Assembly: GCA_035527755.1 (NCBI GenBank)
Contig: DATKZX010000022.1
Span: forward strand, 21,863-85,862
Direction: 5' to 3'
DNA length: 64,000 bases
Source of the DNA: Methanomassiliicoccales archaeon
GTDB lineage: Archaea > Thermoplasmatota > Thermoplasmata > Methanomassiliicoccales > UBA472
Within the stretch, counting starts at the first letter, position 1, and the number at the start of each line of letters is the position of its first letter. The translations under genes and the position numbers were made by a program. The notes below the pieces were generated by a model. That model saw only the letters and a program-made list of their open reading frames with translations, ran no database searches and was not told where the DNA came from. This document shows, in pieces, positions 19,290 through 29,217 of the stretch.

Positions 19290-20185
19290 CTTGAACCCCC
19301 CTTGATCATGTCAATGGCGTTCACGGGGCATACCTGGGAGCATATGCCACAGCCCTTGCAATAGTTGAGGTCCCATCGAACGTAGTCGTCCTCCTCTCGT
19401 TTGATGCATCCTTCTGGACAGGTGAACCAACAGCGTAGGCAACGCACGCATTTCTCCTTATCATAGTGGGGAGTCTGCACCCTCCAGCTCCCGGTGAGGT
19501 TCTGTCGAGCGCCACCGGGCCCCACCATCACCCCGTCCTTGGTGCCCACTGACAGACTGTTGCCGATAGGAATGTCCCTCCAATCCGGAAGCCATTCCCT
19601 CTTGGTCACCAAGGGTCTGATGCCCTGGCATAATCCGACGGACGCCTGCTCGTAGGCCGCCTCGGCCGCTCCGACATTGACCCGAGCGGCCTCTTCCCCG
19701 AACTTCTCCCCGAAGCGGTTCTCTATCGCCTGCTTCATAGAGCCTATGGAGACCAGATCGGTTACCCTGGCCACGGCCCCCAGGATGGCAGTGTTCACGA
19801 TGGGCGCCTTGAGGAACTCCAGGGCGATGACGTTGGCATTGACCGTGGCGCATTCCACCACCACACCTAGGTCGATCTCCTGCGGCGACCTCCGGGTGTT
19901 CACGACCGCCTTTCCATCCTTCTTAAGGCCCCGGGCTACGGGTTCGATGTCGATGAGCGATTCGTCCAGTATCACCAGCAGGTCCGGTTCATACACCTGT
20001 GACTTGATGCTTATCTTCTCGTCGTCGATGCGGGCGAAGGCCATGACCGGAGCTCCGCGCCTTTCCGCTCCGAAGAAAGGGAACGCGTGGGCATGCCTTC
20101 CCTCGATGACCGCCGCCTCGGCAAGCGTTTGAGCGGCCATCACCGCCCCCTGACCCCCTCGACCGTGGAACCTGACCTCGAACAT
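19286..20185 (-). CDS. 2-oxoacid:ferredoxin oxidoreductase fused gamma-delta subunit
   Basis: EVRFHGRGGQG, FGAERRGAPV (gamma) plus TGSWR and two CxxCxxCxxxCP motifs (delta). Confidence 0.9.
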   Translation of the reverse strand: MFEVRFHGRGGQGAVMAAQTLAEAAVIEGRHAHAFPFFGAERRGAPVMAFARIDDEKISIKSQVYEPDLLVILDESLIDIEPVARGLKKDGKAVVNTRRSPQEIDLGVVVECATVNANVIALEFLKAPIVNTAILGAVARVTDLVSIGSMKQAIENRFGEKFGEEAARVNVGAAEAAYEQASVGLCQGIRPLVTKREWLPDWRDIPIGNSLSVGTKDGVMVGPGGARQNLTGSWRVQTPHYDKEKCVRCLRCWFTCPEGCIKREEDDYVRWDLNYCKGCGICSQVCPVNAIDMIKGGSR

Positions 20186-20253
20186 TGCGAACCCAGTGTA
20201 TTATGTGAGCGAATCGTATTTAATCATTGTAGCGGACTGGATACGAAACTCTC

Positions 20254-20937
20254 TCAGCTATGTTCGGGGTCCCGAGCGTAGATCCAGAGCGAGAACAGGA
20301 CCATGACCGCTGCTAAAAGTGCGAACAGCAGCCCCTGGAACTCCGGAGGTGGTAGTATCTCACCGACGGCATCGGACCACGCCCCCGTCAGCAGGAGAAC
20401 GCCAACGGTAGTGATAGAGGCGACCAGAACCAATGTCACGTTCAGGACCCAGGCCTTGTTCATCACAGTACTGACCTCCGGTCCCGTAGCCCCCTTTTCC
20501 AGTAATTGCCGGGCGGTCCTCTCCAGGCGTGCGCCTTGGCGCCATAGTAAGGTGCTCGCCGCCAGGACCACACCGTTCAGGGCGATGAGGAACGGCGACG
20601 TGATGGTGTAAAAGGCGTACTTGTCCACGGACAGTCCGAAGGCATAGGACCAATCGATACCTGACATATACAGCAAGGATGGAGTGTACAGTCCCCATCC
20701 AGCGATGATAACCAGCACCGACCAGCGACCTTCCAGTATGAGAAAGAGCAGGGCGATGAACATCAATATGCCCACGCCGGTGAGCACCAATGGGTCGAGT
20801 GGTGACAGCAGATCGTGCAGTCCCATATCAACGAACAGCAGGTTGCTGGAGAAGGTCCACCAGGAGAATGCCAGACCGACCATGAGACCGATGGAGACCG
20901 AGGGAGCGATCCAGGGTGAGCTTTTCTCCGCGCTCAT
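20254..20937 (-). CDS. Hypothetical multi-pass membrane protein (MoxR operon)
   Basis: Hydrophobic ORF overlapping the DUF58 gene stop. Confidence 0.7.
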   Translation of the reverse strand: MSAEKSSPWIAPSVSIGLMVGLAFSWWTFSSNLLFVDMGLHDLLSPLDPLVLTGVGILMFIALLFLILEGRWSVLVIIAGWGLYTPSLLYMSGIDWSYAFGLSVDKYAFYTITSPFLIALNGVVLAASTLLWRQGARLERTARQLLEKGATGPEVSTVMNKAWVLNVTLVLVASITTVGVLLLTGAWSDAVGEILPPPEFQGLLFALLAAVMVLFSLWIYARDPEHS

Positions 20938-22247
20938 GACCCGAACTCACCCCCGACCGCCCTGGATGTCAATAAAACCTGGAAGAGGTCCTGCTCCCGG
21001 GGCTCCCAGGAGACGACCCGCACGCCCAACTTCTTGATGTGCCCTCGGACAGTGGTCTCCTCCAACCCCCGCAGCTGTATACCCAGGCTTTCCACCTCGT
21101 CCCGGCTGGCAATGTTCTTAAGGTCCACGTCGATGAGCAGGAATCGAGATTTGGGACCGGAATTGCGCCTCAGTTCCTTCAATCCATCTCTGAGCTCTGG
21201 CTGGCTGCCCCGATCGAGGATCGAGATGATGATGAACAGAGGGTTGCCCTGCCTTAGATGACCCCGGTGGCCGTGGACGAAACCGGTCAAACTGCCGGAA
21301 CTGCCCTTGACATTCGCCCGATACAGCATATCGGCCAGCATGACCTTCTGACGTCTTCCGCCCTCCGGCAGCTGACACCGTCCCTGATGGATGAGCGCCG
21401 CGCCCACCAGACAATTACGTTGCAGATAGAAGTCGGAGAGCGCCCGGGCAGCGTGCAGGGCGCACTCGAAGGCGCTCTCGGCCTCACTACCTACCCTCAT
21501 GCGCTCAGAATCGTCCACCAGTATCCACACCTTACGACGACCTTCACGTTCGTATTCGTTCACCAAGGGACGCAGTGCTTCCACATCACCCGAACGTACC
21601 GTGGCCTTCCAATTGATGGAGCGGAACTGGTCCCCCCGCTGATAACGACGTATATCGAGAAAGTTCGTGGTCTGTGCTCCGTGAGAGCTCATGACCGATG
21701 CGGGCATGGGCATGCGTGATTCCAGACGTGGGTCCCTGATCTCCGCCGCCCGCATGACCATCTGCTCCACATGCAGGGACCTTTTACTTCCCCAGACATT
21801 CTGATCACTGGGAAAGAGTCCGGAAAAATGTATTCCCTCGCTCCTCACGTTGCCGATATCGTACTCCCCGCGGCGCATCGGTCTTATGGTGTAGTTGAAA
21901 GGAGCGTTGAGGACCCCTCTGCCTTTCCAGAGAACACGTATGGCTTTTCCATCCCTCTGTTCGAAGGTGGGCGAGATCGATTCCGCCAGAACGACCAGCC
22001 CCATGCCGTGATCGATGGTCGTCTCCCTTTCCACCTTCAGATCGCGACCCACGAAGATCGCTCCCTTTTTGATCTCCCCCTCCAACCTGGAGACGCGCGG
22101 TCCGGGTATGGCTATGCTGAATGCCAGGAAGAACCAGGGTACCAACGAGATGATCATCAGTGCCATGTTCCCCAGGAACAGACCGGTCATCATAATGACC
22201 GCGATAGGGGCGATCCTGGCGGTCAGCGCCTTTCTGCGAGGGGTCAT
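20934..22247 (-). CDS. DUF58 domain protein
   Basis: N-terminal TM, RRGEY, IRRYQRGD..RSINWKAT, VNEYERE, ILVDDS. Confidence 0.9.
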   Translation of the reverse strand: MTPRRKALTARIAPIAVIMMTGLFLGNMALMIISLVPWFFLAFSIAIPGPRVSRLEGEIKKGAIFVGRDLKVERETTIDHGMGLVVLAESISPTFEQRDGKAIRVLWKGRGVLNAPFNYTIRPMRRGEYDIGNVRSEGIHFSGLFPSDQNVWGSKRSLHVEQMVMRAAEIRDPRLESRMPMPASVMSSHGAQTTNFLDIRRYQRGDQFRSINWKATVRSGDVEALRPLVNEYEREGRRKVWILVDDSERMRVGSEAESAFECALHAARALSDFYLQRNCLVGAALIHQGRCQLPEGGRRQKVMLADMLYRANVKGSSGSLTGFVHGHRGHLRQGNPLFIIISILDRGSQPELRDGLKELRRNSGPKSRFLLIDVDLKNIASRDEVESLGIQLRGLEETTVRGHIKKLGVRVVSWEPREQDLFQVLLTSRAVGGEFGS

Positions 22248-22251
22248 CTGG

Positions 22252-23244
22252 TCACCGGCCGAAGTCCTTGGGCACCTCGACGCCCTTCAGGACCTCCTCG
22301 ACCACCTGGGCAGGGGTTATTTCACCCTCCACCTCGTACTCCATCTTCAGGATGATACGGTGGGACAAAGCCTCCAGGGCGAACAGCTTCACGTCGTCCG
22401 GGGTGACGAAATCGCGTCCCATGATGGCAGCGTGAGCCCGGGACAGCTTCATCAGTGCCAAGGAGCCTCTGGGACTGGAACCTGCCTCCACCGCGAAATG
22501 CTCCCGGGTCGCGCGGACAAGCTGGCATATGTAGGAGATGAGCACAGGATGCACGAATATGCTTTCCTCCACCACGGCCTGCATCTCCACGAAACGTTCC
22601 TGACTGACCACCGGCCTCAGGTCCGCCACCGGATCTTCGCTTCGCCATCGCACCCGACGGTTCAGTATCTCCATCTCTGAATCGAGGTCCTTGACGTACC
22701 CGGTCCGCATGCGTAGCAGAAAACGGTCCATCTGCGCTTCTGGCAATGGGAAGGTGCCCTCGTGCTCGATAGGGTTCTGAGTGGCGATGACGAAGAAGGG
22801 ACGGGTGAGGGTCAGCGTGTTGCCTTCAATGGTCACCTGTCTCTCCTCCATTGCTTCCAGCAAGGCGCTCTGCGTCTTCGGCGGTGCGCGGTTGATCTCA
22901 TCGGCCAGCAGAATGTTGGTGAATATCGGCCCCTTCTCCAGCACGAACTCCCCGCTCCTGGGGACCCATATCCTGGTCCCCAGAATATCCGCAGGCATGA
23001 TGTCGGGGGTGAACTGTACCCTGCTCCACCGGCAACCACTGGCCTTTGCGAAGGATTTGGCCAGCAGGGTCTTTCCCAATCCGGGCATGTCCTCGAAGAG
23101 AACGTGACCGTTGGCCAGGGCCGCGCTCAATGTCTTGCGCACCACCGTCTCATCGCTGACGAACAGTCCGCCTATGACATCTATGAACTCCCGAGACAAA
23201 CTCTTGAACTCCTTGATCTCCACCGCTTCACCTTCCCGTTCCAT
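22252..23244 (-). CDS. MoxR family AAA+ ATPase
   Basis: GHVLFEDMPGLGKT, RVQFTPD, LADEINRAPPKTQSALLEAM, ATQNPIE. Confidence 0.96.
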   Translation of the reverse strand: MEREGEAVEIKEFKSLSREFIDVIGGLFVSDETVVRKTLSAALANGHVLFEDMPGLGKTLLAKSFAKASGCRWSRVQFTPDIMPADILGTRIWVPRSGEFVLEKGPIFTNILLADEINRAPPKTQSALLEAMEERQVTIEGNTLTLTRPFFVIATQNPIEHEGTFPLPEAQMDRFLLRMRTGYVKDLDSEMEILNRRVRWRSEDPVADLRPVVSQERFVEMQAVVEESIFVHPVLISYICQLVRATREHFAVEAGSSPRGSLALMKLSRAHAAIMGRDFVTPDDVKLFALEALSHRIILKMEYEVEGEITPAQVVEEVLKGVEVPKDFGR

Positions 23245-24358
23245 ATCTACTGTGATTCTCGATAGCTATTTCTGCTTGGTTCAGCACCGAGGACACTGTG
23301 GCCTTGCGGGCCTTCCGTCTCCCTTCCTCCAACCTCTCTGATCGCCAGCTTGGCCACAGGGCGCGACGAGGTTCCTGATACCGCGTCAGGATGCGCAGCA
23401 CTGGAGCGGTCTCGCCCTCCTTCAAACCATTCTCCAGAAGGACCCTGACCAACAATGCCACCAACCATTCCCTCTCCCCCTGCTCCACGAAGTTGCGGAT
23501 GGGTGCGGAGAACTCCTCCACCCCCTCGGGGAAGAACGTCAGGGATCTGGGGGCCTCCATGTTTCTGAGAACGCCCTCCTCCGGGAAACGACTGGCAACG
23601 AACTGTATACTGGCTACGATCAGGGCGCAGCCGGCGGTCAGTCCGAAGTCCACCATGATAAGCTGGTCCGGTCCGATCTCGGCCACCAGACCCCTGGCGG
23701 TCATGATATAGATGGTGATGATGGTCAGCACGGCATAGGAGCCGAACAGTTTTGGCGTGGAAGCGGCCCACCCTGTCCACCTCCAAAATCGAGCGCGGGA
23801 ATTGAACCATGATATCGAGAGGACGATGGCGATCAAGGAGATCGCGATCGCCATCAGGGCGGTGCCTTCCTCACCCAACGCCCAGAGCAGGACCGCCTCG
23901 AATGCGCCGAGGGCGGCCAGTGTCACTGTGCGGGAGATGGTGAACCAGTTCCGCTTCCAGGGACGGGTGACGGTCATGGCCAGAAGAGATATGCCGATCG
24001 TCACTGCCAAGACACCCACGTCCAGTCGTCCTCGGAACCAGGGGCCGGTGGTCAGGACCAGAGACATGAAGATCGCGCTGCCTAACAGTATCGTACCGGA
24101 TGAGAGCGGTCGTGCCAATGGACCTTCCAGTGTGGTGGTCATCAATGCGGATACGTAATAAAGGAGAACAAAGAGCATCAGGGGGATCGAGAGGAAACCT
24201 AGGTCCATCTGACCTTCCTCGCTCGGTGCCAACAATGAGAATATGACGCCGATCAGGATGATCAGCAATGCCAGGGCGGCGGTCAAAGCCGCCAGCTTTC
24301 GCAACACCTCCGGACCGCTCCGGAACCGAACCTCCTTCCTGCGGAGTATCGAGCTCAA
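23228..24358 (-). CDS. Hypothetical multi-pass membrane protein (MoxR operon)
   Basis: About 8 hydrophobic segments; overlaps both neighbours. Confidence 0.7.
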   Translation of the reverse strand: MSSILRRKEVRFRSGPEVLRKLAALTAALALLIILIGVIFSLLAPSEEGQMDLGFLSIPLMLFVLLYYVSALMTTTLEGPLARPLSSGTILLGSAIFMSLVLTTGPWFRGRLDVGVLAVTIGISLLAMTVTRPWKRNWFTISRTVTLAALGAFEAVLLWALGEEGTALMAIAISLIAIVLSISWFNSRARFWRWTGWAASTPKLFGSYAVLTIITIYIMTARGLVAEIGPDQLIMVDFGLTAGCALIVASIQFVASRFPEEGVLRNMEAPRSLTFFPEGVEEFSAPIRNFVEQGEREWLVALLVRVLLENGLKEGETAPVLRILTRYQEPRRALWPSWRSERLEEGRRKARKATVSSVLNQAEIAIENHSRYGTGR

Positions 24359-27300
24359 GGATGCCGTCCCATCACCTCCACCATCAAACGATAGGCCTGC
24401 TGATAATCGTCCAGCCTCATCTCTGATGGACCGTATTCAGATCTTTCGAACAGATCGAGCAGTTCGTCCAAGCTCTTGGCCCTTGGCTCGTCCAACCCTT
24501 TTTTGATGATGGCCTGGACCTCCCTGGGTGTTTGCACCCGGAGATCGTTCTCCGGAAGGTCTTTCACCACCTGAGCGAGGGTGGCGGCGATCGCTTCCCG
24601 GAATGAGGAGATGTACACTGTCCGTTTGGTCTGCCCGCTGTCACCCTTGACCCTCAATGCGTTCGCCCCTGCAGCCAGCAGAAGCGTGACAGTAGCCCCT
24701 CCCGAGGAGGTGTCCATTATGAACTCGCCCCCGTCGATCGACAAGATCACCTGTTCGTCCTGGGTGGCCACATTGACCTCCAACGGCTCTCCTGGAGCCC
24801 ATATCAGAGGCATCCCCTGAGGGATCTGGGGGAACGTGAGGATGTGTGGTCCGTCAATGTTGTCCGGTTCGGTCTCATCGATCTCCGATGACCCAACGGC
24901 GCGCCGGGGGCGCAGGTAGGCCACCGTCCCGAGGACGCCGACGATCAGTACCAGGACCATCAGTAATGTCATGTACGGGAAGCCTCCCTCGATCTCGCCC
25001 TGCAGAACCACATCGGCGGTGCTCGGAAGATATGAGCCCTCGCCAGCGAAGGCCACGGTGCATTCCAAGGCACCTAGCTCCTGCAGCGGCAGGGAGATGG
25101 TTCCGTTGATGTCCGTGGTGAGATGTAGGTCATCACCCCCCGATCTCACCGTCAGGGCAGTGCCCGGGAAGGGCACACCATGGTCGTCGGTCAATCTGGC
25201 CTTGAGAACGTCCCCTTCCTGCCAACCGAGCAGCACCGTCCTGGCGGTCACATCGATGGAGAACTCCTGCAGAGGGATGCTGTCACCACGGACCAGCGCC
25301 ACCACGGTCACGTTCCTCGGCCCCAACTGACTGTCGTTGCCCATTGGAACACTGAGTATGGCGAAGCCCTCGCTGTCCGTCTCGGACCCCGCTCTTTCAC
25401 CGCCCTCCAGATCGAACCGGACCTTTAGTTCGGTGAGCGGGGCTTCCTCGGCTTGCGCCCGGAAGATGAGATTGTTGATCTCCCCTCGGACCAGGCTTTC
25501 CGAGCTAAGGCTGAGCATCGGCAGGACCACCGGCACCTCATCCTTGATCTGATGGTCACTGAAGAAACTGAAATCGTCGGAAATGGCCCGTAAGGTCAAA
25601 AGGCCGACGTTCCAAGAACGGACAGTGAACACCGCCTGGCCGAAGAAATCGGAGGTCACGTTCCGGTCGTTGGGCCACATGTCCGCCCCCGGCACCTCCA
25701 GATGTACGGTTATACCGTCCAGCAGGCGGCCTGAGGTCCTCTCCGTGACCATTACCGTCACTGTGACCGGGACGCCCGCCGCCAGTTTCTCTGGGCGAAG
25801 GAACTGCATGGTGACATGGTCGGTTACCCTGACAAAATGCTCGTCCTCTACCGGGGAGTGCTCGCTGTTCCCCAATGACCGGACCACCAGACGGTAGTTT
25901 CCGACCTTGAGCTCCCTCGGTATCCAACATACTGCTGAGAATTGACCATCGATGACGTTCGTCTCTGCCACCAATGTCCTTTCCGGCACTGTCGATGGGG
26001 ATTGCAGGTAGACTCGGACCTTGGTCATCTCCACCGACCTGCCGATCAGTGATTCGAGCCTCCCCGAAACGGAGAAGGTCGTCGTCTTGTCCAGTTCTGG
26101 GTCGACAGGGCTCGTATGGATCGCCGAGGCACCCCCGCCCACGTCCTGGTCCCTGACCGCCCCGAACTGCAGCCCTTCCATCCTCACCCCTATGAAGTTC
26201 ATATGGATGCTGGAATTGGTGGTCGCACGCCAGCCCTCCGGTACGATATAATCGATGCCGTAGGGACCGGGGTTGGGATATCGATAGGAGTAGGCACCGC
26301 CCTCGTCGGTGGTAACCACCTTCAACGGACCGCCGGATCCGGATATCCGCAGTTCCTGATCGGCCAACCCCCTTTCGTTCGGGTCCCGGATCTGGTTCAT
26401 GTTCAGGTCCTCAAAGACCACTCCCGCCATGGTCATGGCGGTGCTCTCATCGGGGAACAGCTGTTCATCCCGAAGGCCAGTGGCATCCATGATTATCCAG
26501 CCCAACCCGTCGAAGCGCACCTCTGCATAGGCGTGCGCCTGGGCGCCGGTCACCTCCTGGTTCTGAAGGTAGGGATTGACCATGAAACCGTATACCATCC
26601 TCGCGGGGATGCCCAAGCTCCGGGCCAGCATGATGAACGCGGTGTTGTAATGAGTGCATACCCCCTCCTTGCTGTTGTAAAGGAACCATTCCATGGGGTC
26701 GACGCCGTCCGGGGGACTGGAGAAATCGAAGCGGTACTCGTAGTTCTCCCGGATGAACTCGTTGAGGGCACGCGCTTTCTCGTACGGACTGCCTAGACCG
26801 ACGGTGATCATGCTGGCGGTATCCAATAGCCGCTGTTGCAGTTCGGTCGGGACCTGTGTGTATACCTCTTCGGACGTGACGTTGGCTGCCTCCAAGGTTT
26901 CCCGGGGGAACATGATATTGGCTGCCTTCACGTGATAGGGGAATAGCACCGGAGTGTTGCTGCGCAGCACCTGCAGCTCGGTATTATAGCGCCCCTTGGG
27001 CAGATTGCCAAAATCGACCTCCACACAATCCTTAAGGATAGGTATGCCGCCGCTCATGCGCATGGCCGGAACGACCGTCATGTCCACCTCCGGAGTATGT
27101 TCGTTGAGATCGGACCATTCGACCATCTTCTCGAAACCGCTCTCCTCCTTGATCCACATTCCATCAAGATATAGATTCAGTACTTCCACGCGAAGATAGG
27201 AGACGCCAGTGGTGTTCACCAGATCGAAAAGTTTGTCCTTGCCGGCGGGGGCGTACCTTAGGTCCATATTTCCAGAGGACATGCCGCCCATCACCTCCTG

Positions 27301-27405
27301 TGAGTACAACGAGGAGGTCTCGGTCTGCTGGACCAGGGCAGTGAGCGCGCTGAAGCAAACGATAACCACTAACAGCAGACTTGATAGTCTTACAAGACGG
27401 TCCAT
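24355..27405 (-). CDS. Large exported transglutaminase-like protein with beta-sandwich repeats and C-terminal TM/DUF4129-like domain
   Basis: Triad motifs GVCTHY, AHAYAEV, WIIMDAT; SdrD-B-like GVVFEDLNMNQIRDPNERGL; LFERSEYG near the C-terminus. Confidence 0.85.
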   Translation of the reverse strand: MDRLVRLSSLLLVVIVCFSALTALVQQTETSSLYSQEVMGGMSSGNMDLRYAPAGKDKLFDLVNTTGVSYLRVEVLNLYLDGMWIKEESGFEKMVEWSDLNEHTPEVDMTVVPAMRMSGGIPILKDCVEVDFGNLPKGRYNTELQVLRSNTPVLFPYHVKAANIMFPRETLEAANVTSEEVYTQVPTELQQRLLDTASMITVGLGSPYEKARALNEFIRENYEYRFDFSSPPDGVDPMEWFLYNSKEGVCTHYNTAFIMLARSLGIPARMVYGFMVNPYLQNQEVTGAQAHAYAEVRFDGLGWIIMDATGLRDEQLFPDESTAMTMAGVVFEDLNMNQIRDPNERGLADQELRISGSGGPLKVVTTDEGGAYSYRYPNPGPYGIDYIVPEGWRATTNSSIHMNFIGVRMEGLQFGAVRDQDVGGGASAIHTSPVDPELDKTTTFSVSGRLESLIGRSVEMTKVRVYLQSPSTVPERTLVAETNVIDGQFSAVCWIPRELKVGNYRLVVRSLGNSEHSPVEDEHFVRVTDHVTMQFLRPEKLAAGVPVTVTVMVTERTSGRLLDGITVHLEVPGADMWPNDRNVTSDFFGQAVFTVRSWNVGLLTLRAISDDFSFFSDHQIKDEVPVVLPMLSLSSESLVRGEINNLIFRAQAEEAPLTELKVRFDLEGGERAGSETDSEGFAILSVPMGNDSQLGPRNVTVVALVRGDSIPLQEFSIDVTARTVLLGWQEGDVLKARLTDDHGVPFPGTALTVRSGGDDLHLTTDINGTISLPLQELGALECTVAFAGEGSYLPSTADVVLQGEIEGGFPYMTLLMVLVLIVGVLGTVAYLRPRRAVGSSEIDETEPDNIDGPHILTFPQIPQGMPLIWAPGEPLEVNVATQDEQVILSIDGGEFIMDTSSGGATVTLLLAAGANALRVKGDSGQTKRTVYISSFREAIAATLAQVVKDLPENDLRVQTPREVQAIIKKGLDEPRAKSLDELLDLFERSEYGPSEMRLDDYQQAYRLMVEVMGRHP

Positions 27406-27542
27406 GGCCTATCTCCAGCGGAGAATTATCATCTTTCCCACGCTATTTAGTATTAAGGTGCTGTAATAGCGGCCGTCTCTTTGAAAAATAGTGCTGTCTG
27501 AAAAATTGGAGACGGAAAGAGGTTTCTCTCAGCAGGGAATTT

Positions 27543-28463
27543 TCATTTCACCATGTCCAACCAGTGCGCGTACTTGGGGTCCTCGCCCATGGCCGCGGCG
27601 TGGAAGGACCGTCCGATGCGCTTGGTGATCTGACCGATGCTCCCGTCGCCAATGATCCGTCCGTCAATGGTCCTGATCGGCGAAATTTCAGCTGCCGTGC
27701 CGGTCATGAACACCTCATCGGCCATGTACAGCTCCGAGCGGGTGATCTCCTTCTCGATGACCTCATAACCCAATTCTCGTCCGATGGTCATGATGCAGTC
27801 CCTGGTGATGCCTTCCAGGATCCCAGCGGACACTGGAGGGGTGAAGACCTTTTCGTTCTTCACCATGAATATGTTCTCCCCGGTGCCTTCGGCAACGGTG
27901 CCGTTGCCGTTGAGCATTAGCGCCTCGTCCGCCCCTCGCTGGATCGCCTCGAGCTTCGCGATCACCGAGTTGACGTAGTGCCCGCATATCTTGGCGTTCA
28001 GTGCCGCGGCGCGATTGGAGTACTTCTCCCAGGAGGAGGTGACTATGTTCGCACCCTGCTCCACCTTGTCCTTCCCCATGTACACGCCCATATGGGTGCA
28101 TACGATGGAGACGTTCGTTCCCAATTTCGAAGGGTTCAACCCGATCTTGAACTCCGGATGCACTCCGTAGAAGGCTATGGGCCTGAGGTAATCTCCTTCC
28201 GGCCCAGAGGTGCGCACGACCTTACGGCAGGCCTCGCATAGTTCGTCCAGCGTATAGGGGACCTTCATCTGCAGAACCTTGGCCGAGTTCAGGAAGCGCA
28301 CCATGTGCTCCCTCAAACGGAATATGTTCTTTCCTTGAGGGGTGTGGTACACCCTGATCCCTTCGAAGACCCCGGTACCGTAGTGGAAACCGTGGGCCAG
28401 CACATGCACCTTGGCGTCCTCCCAGTTCACCAACTGGCCGTCCATCCAGATCTTGCTGTCCAT
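27543..28463 (-). CDS. ilvE: Branched-chain amino acid aminotransferase
   Basis: HYGTGVFEGIR, AKICGHY (PLP Lys), EGTGEN, LEGITR, GTAAE. Confidence 0.95.
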   Translation of the reverse strand: MDSKIWMDGQLVNWEDAKVHVLAHGFHYGTGVFEGIRVYHTPQGKNIFRLREHMVRFLNSAKVLQMKVPYTLDELCEACRKVVRTSGPEGDYLRPIAFYGVHPEFKIGLNPSKLGTNVSIVCTHMGVYMGKDKVEQGANIVTSSWEKYSNRAAALNAKICGHYVNSVIAKLEAIQRGADEALMLNGNGTVAEGTGENIFMVKNEKVFTPPVSAGILEGITRDCIMTIGRELGYEVIEKEITRSELYMADEVFMTGTAAEISPIRTIDGRIIGDGSIGQITKRIGRSFHAAAMGEDPKYAHWLDMVK

Positions 28464-28471
28464 GCTATCCC

Positions 28472-28834
28472 TCAAATGGCGTTCACTGCCCTTATGTACT
28501 TATCAGGTTTGGTGGCCTGGACCATCTTCTCCACTTCCTCTATGGAGCCTATGAGGCGGGCCTTGCCCACCGTGTTCGCCACTAGGGCGTAGGATTCCTG
28601 ACGGGTATCGTCCACGATCTCCACTTGGACGATGTCTTGCAGGCGCTGCAGACTGTCCACTGCCCACTCTGCCTCCTTGCGGTCGGAGACGCTCAGGACG
28701 ACACGGGACTTACCAGGCATCTCACACTTACCTACCACGATAGTATCCACGTTGATCTTCCTGCGGGTGAACTCACCCATGATCCTCTGCATCACTCCGA
28801 ACTCGTCGTTCACGACCATCGATATGACTTCCAT
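28472..28834 (-). CDS. ACT-domain protein, IlvN/IlvH (AHAS small subunit)-like
   Basis: GVMQRIMGEFTRRKINVDTIVVG...SRVVL resembles the IlvN ACT domain. Confidence 0.75.
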   Translation of the reverse strand: MEVISMVVNDEFGVMQRIMGEFTRRKINVDTIVVGKCEMPGKSRVVLSVSDRKEAEWAVDSLQRLQDIVQVEIVDDTRQESYALVANTVGKARLIGSIEEVEKMVQATKPDKYIRAVNAI

Positions 28835-29217
28835 GTCGAATCCCTGACCTTCAATTCTTCTTGTTCTTTATCGGTATCTGGTAATTGCGCACGGTATGAT
28901 TCTTTTTTATCGGAGAATAATATCCTTCGTCGTCCCGTCCATTGTCTTGGCCGCACGGATATTTTGGAGTGGAGAGCCATGGGAGCTGATGGCATTCACT
29001 GCCCTCCCTGATCTTCTTGGACCTGCGCACCCCTCCTTCCACCAGACCGATCGCCATGAGACCGAGAAAGAATGAACCTCTCATTGCCATACCATCCTAC
29101 AATAGATCGGGAAAGCCATCGGCTCCCCTTTCAAATACCCAAGACGCGCTGGACCAGAACAATATCGGTCGAATCGCCTAGCGCGTACATGGTCCGTTTG
29201 TATTTCCGCTGGTCTAT

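Noticed and set aside
28830..28850. tRNA T-loop-like TCGAATCCC
   Set aside because: No GGTTCGA context or cloverleaf; overlaps the start region of the ACT gene.
28851..29090. 79-aa ORF as an ilvB remnant or confident CDS
   Set aside because: No AHAS or other family motifs recognised; kept only as part of the leader hypothesis.
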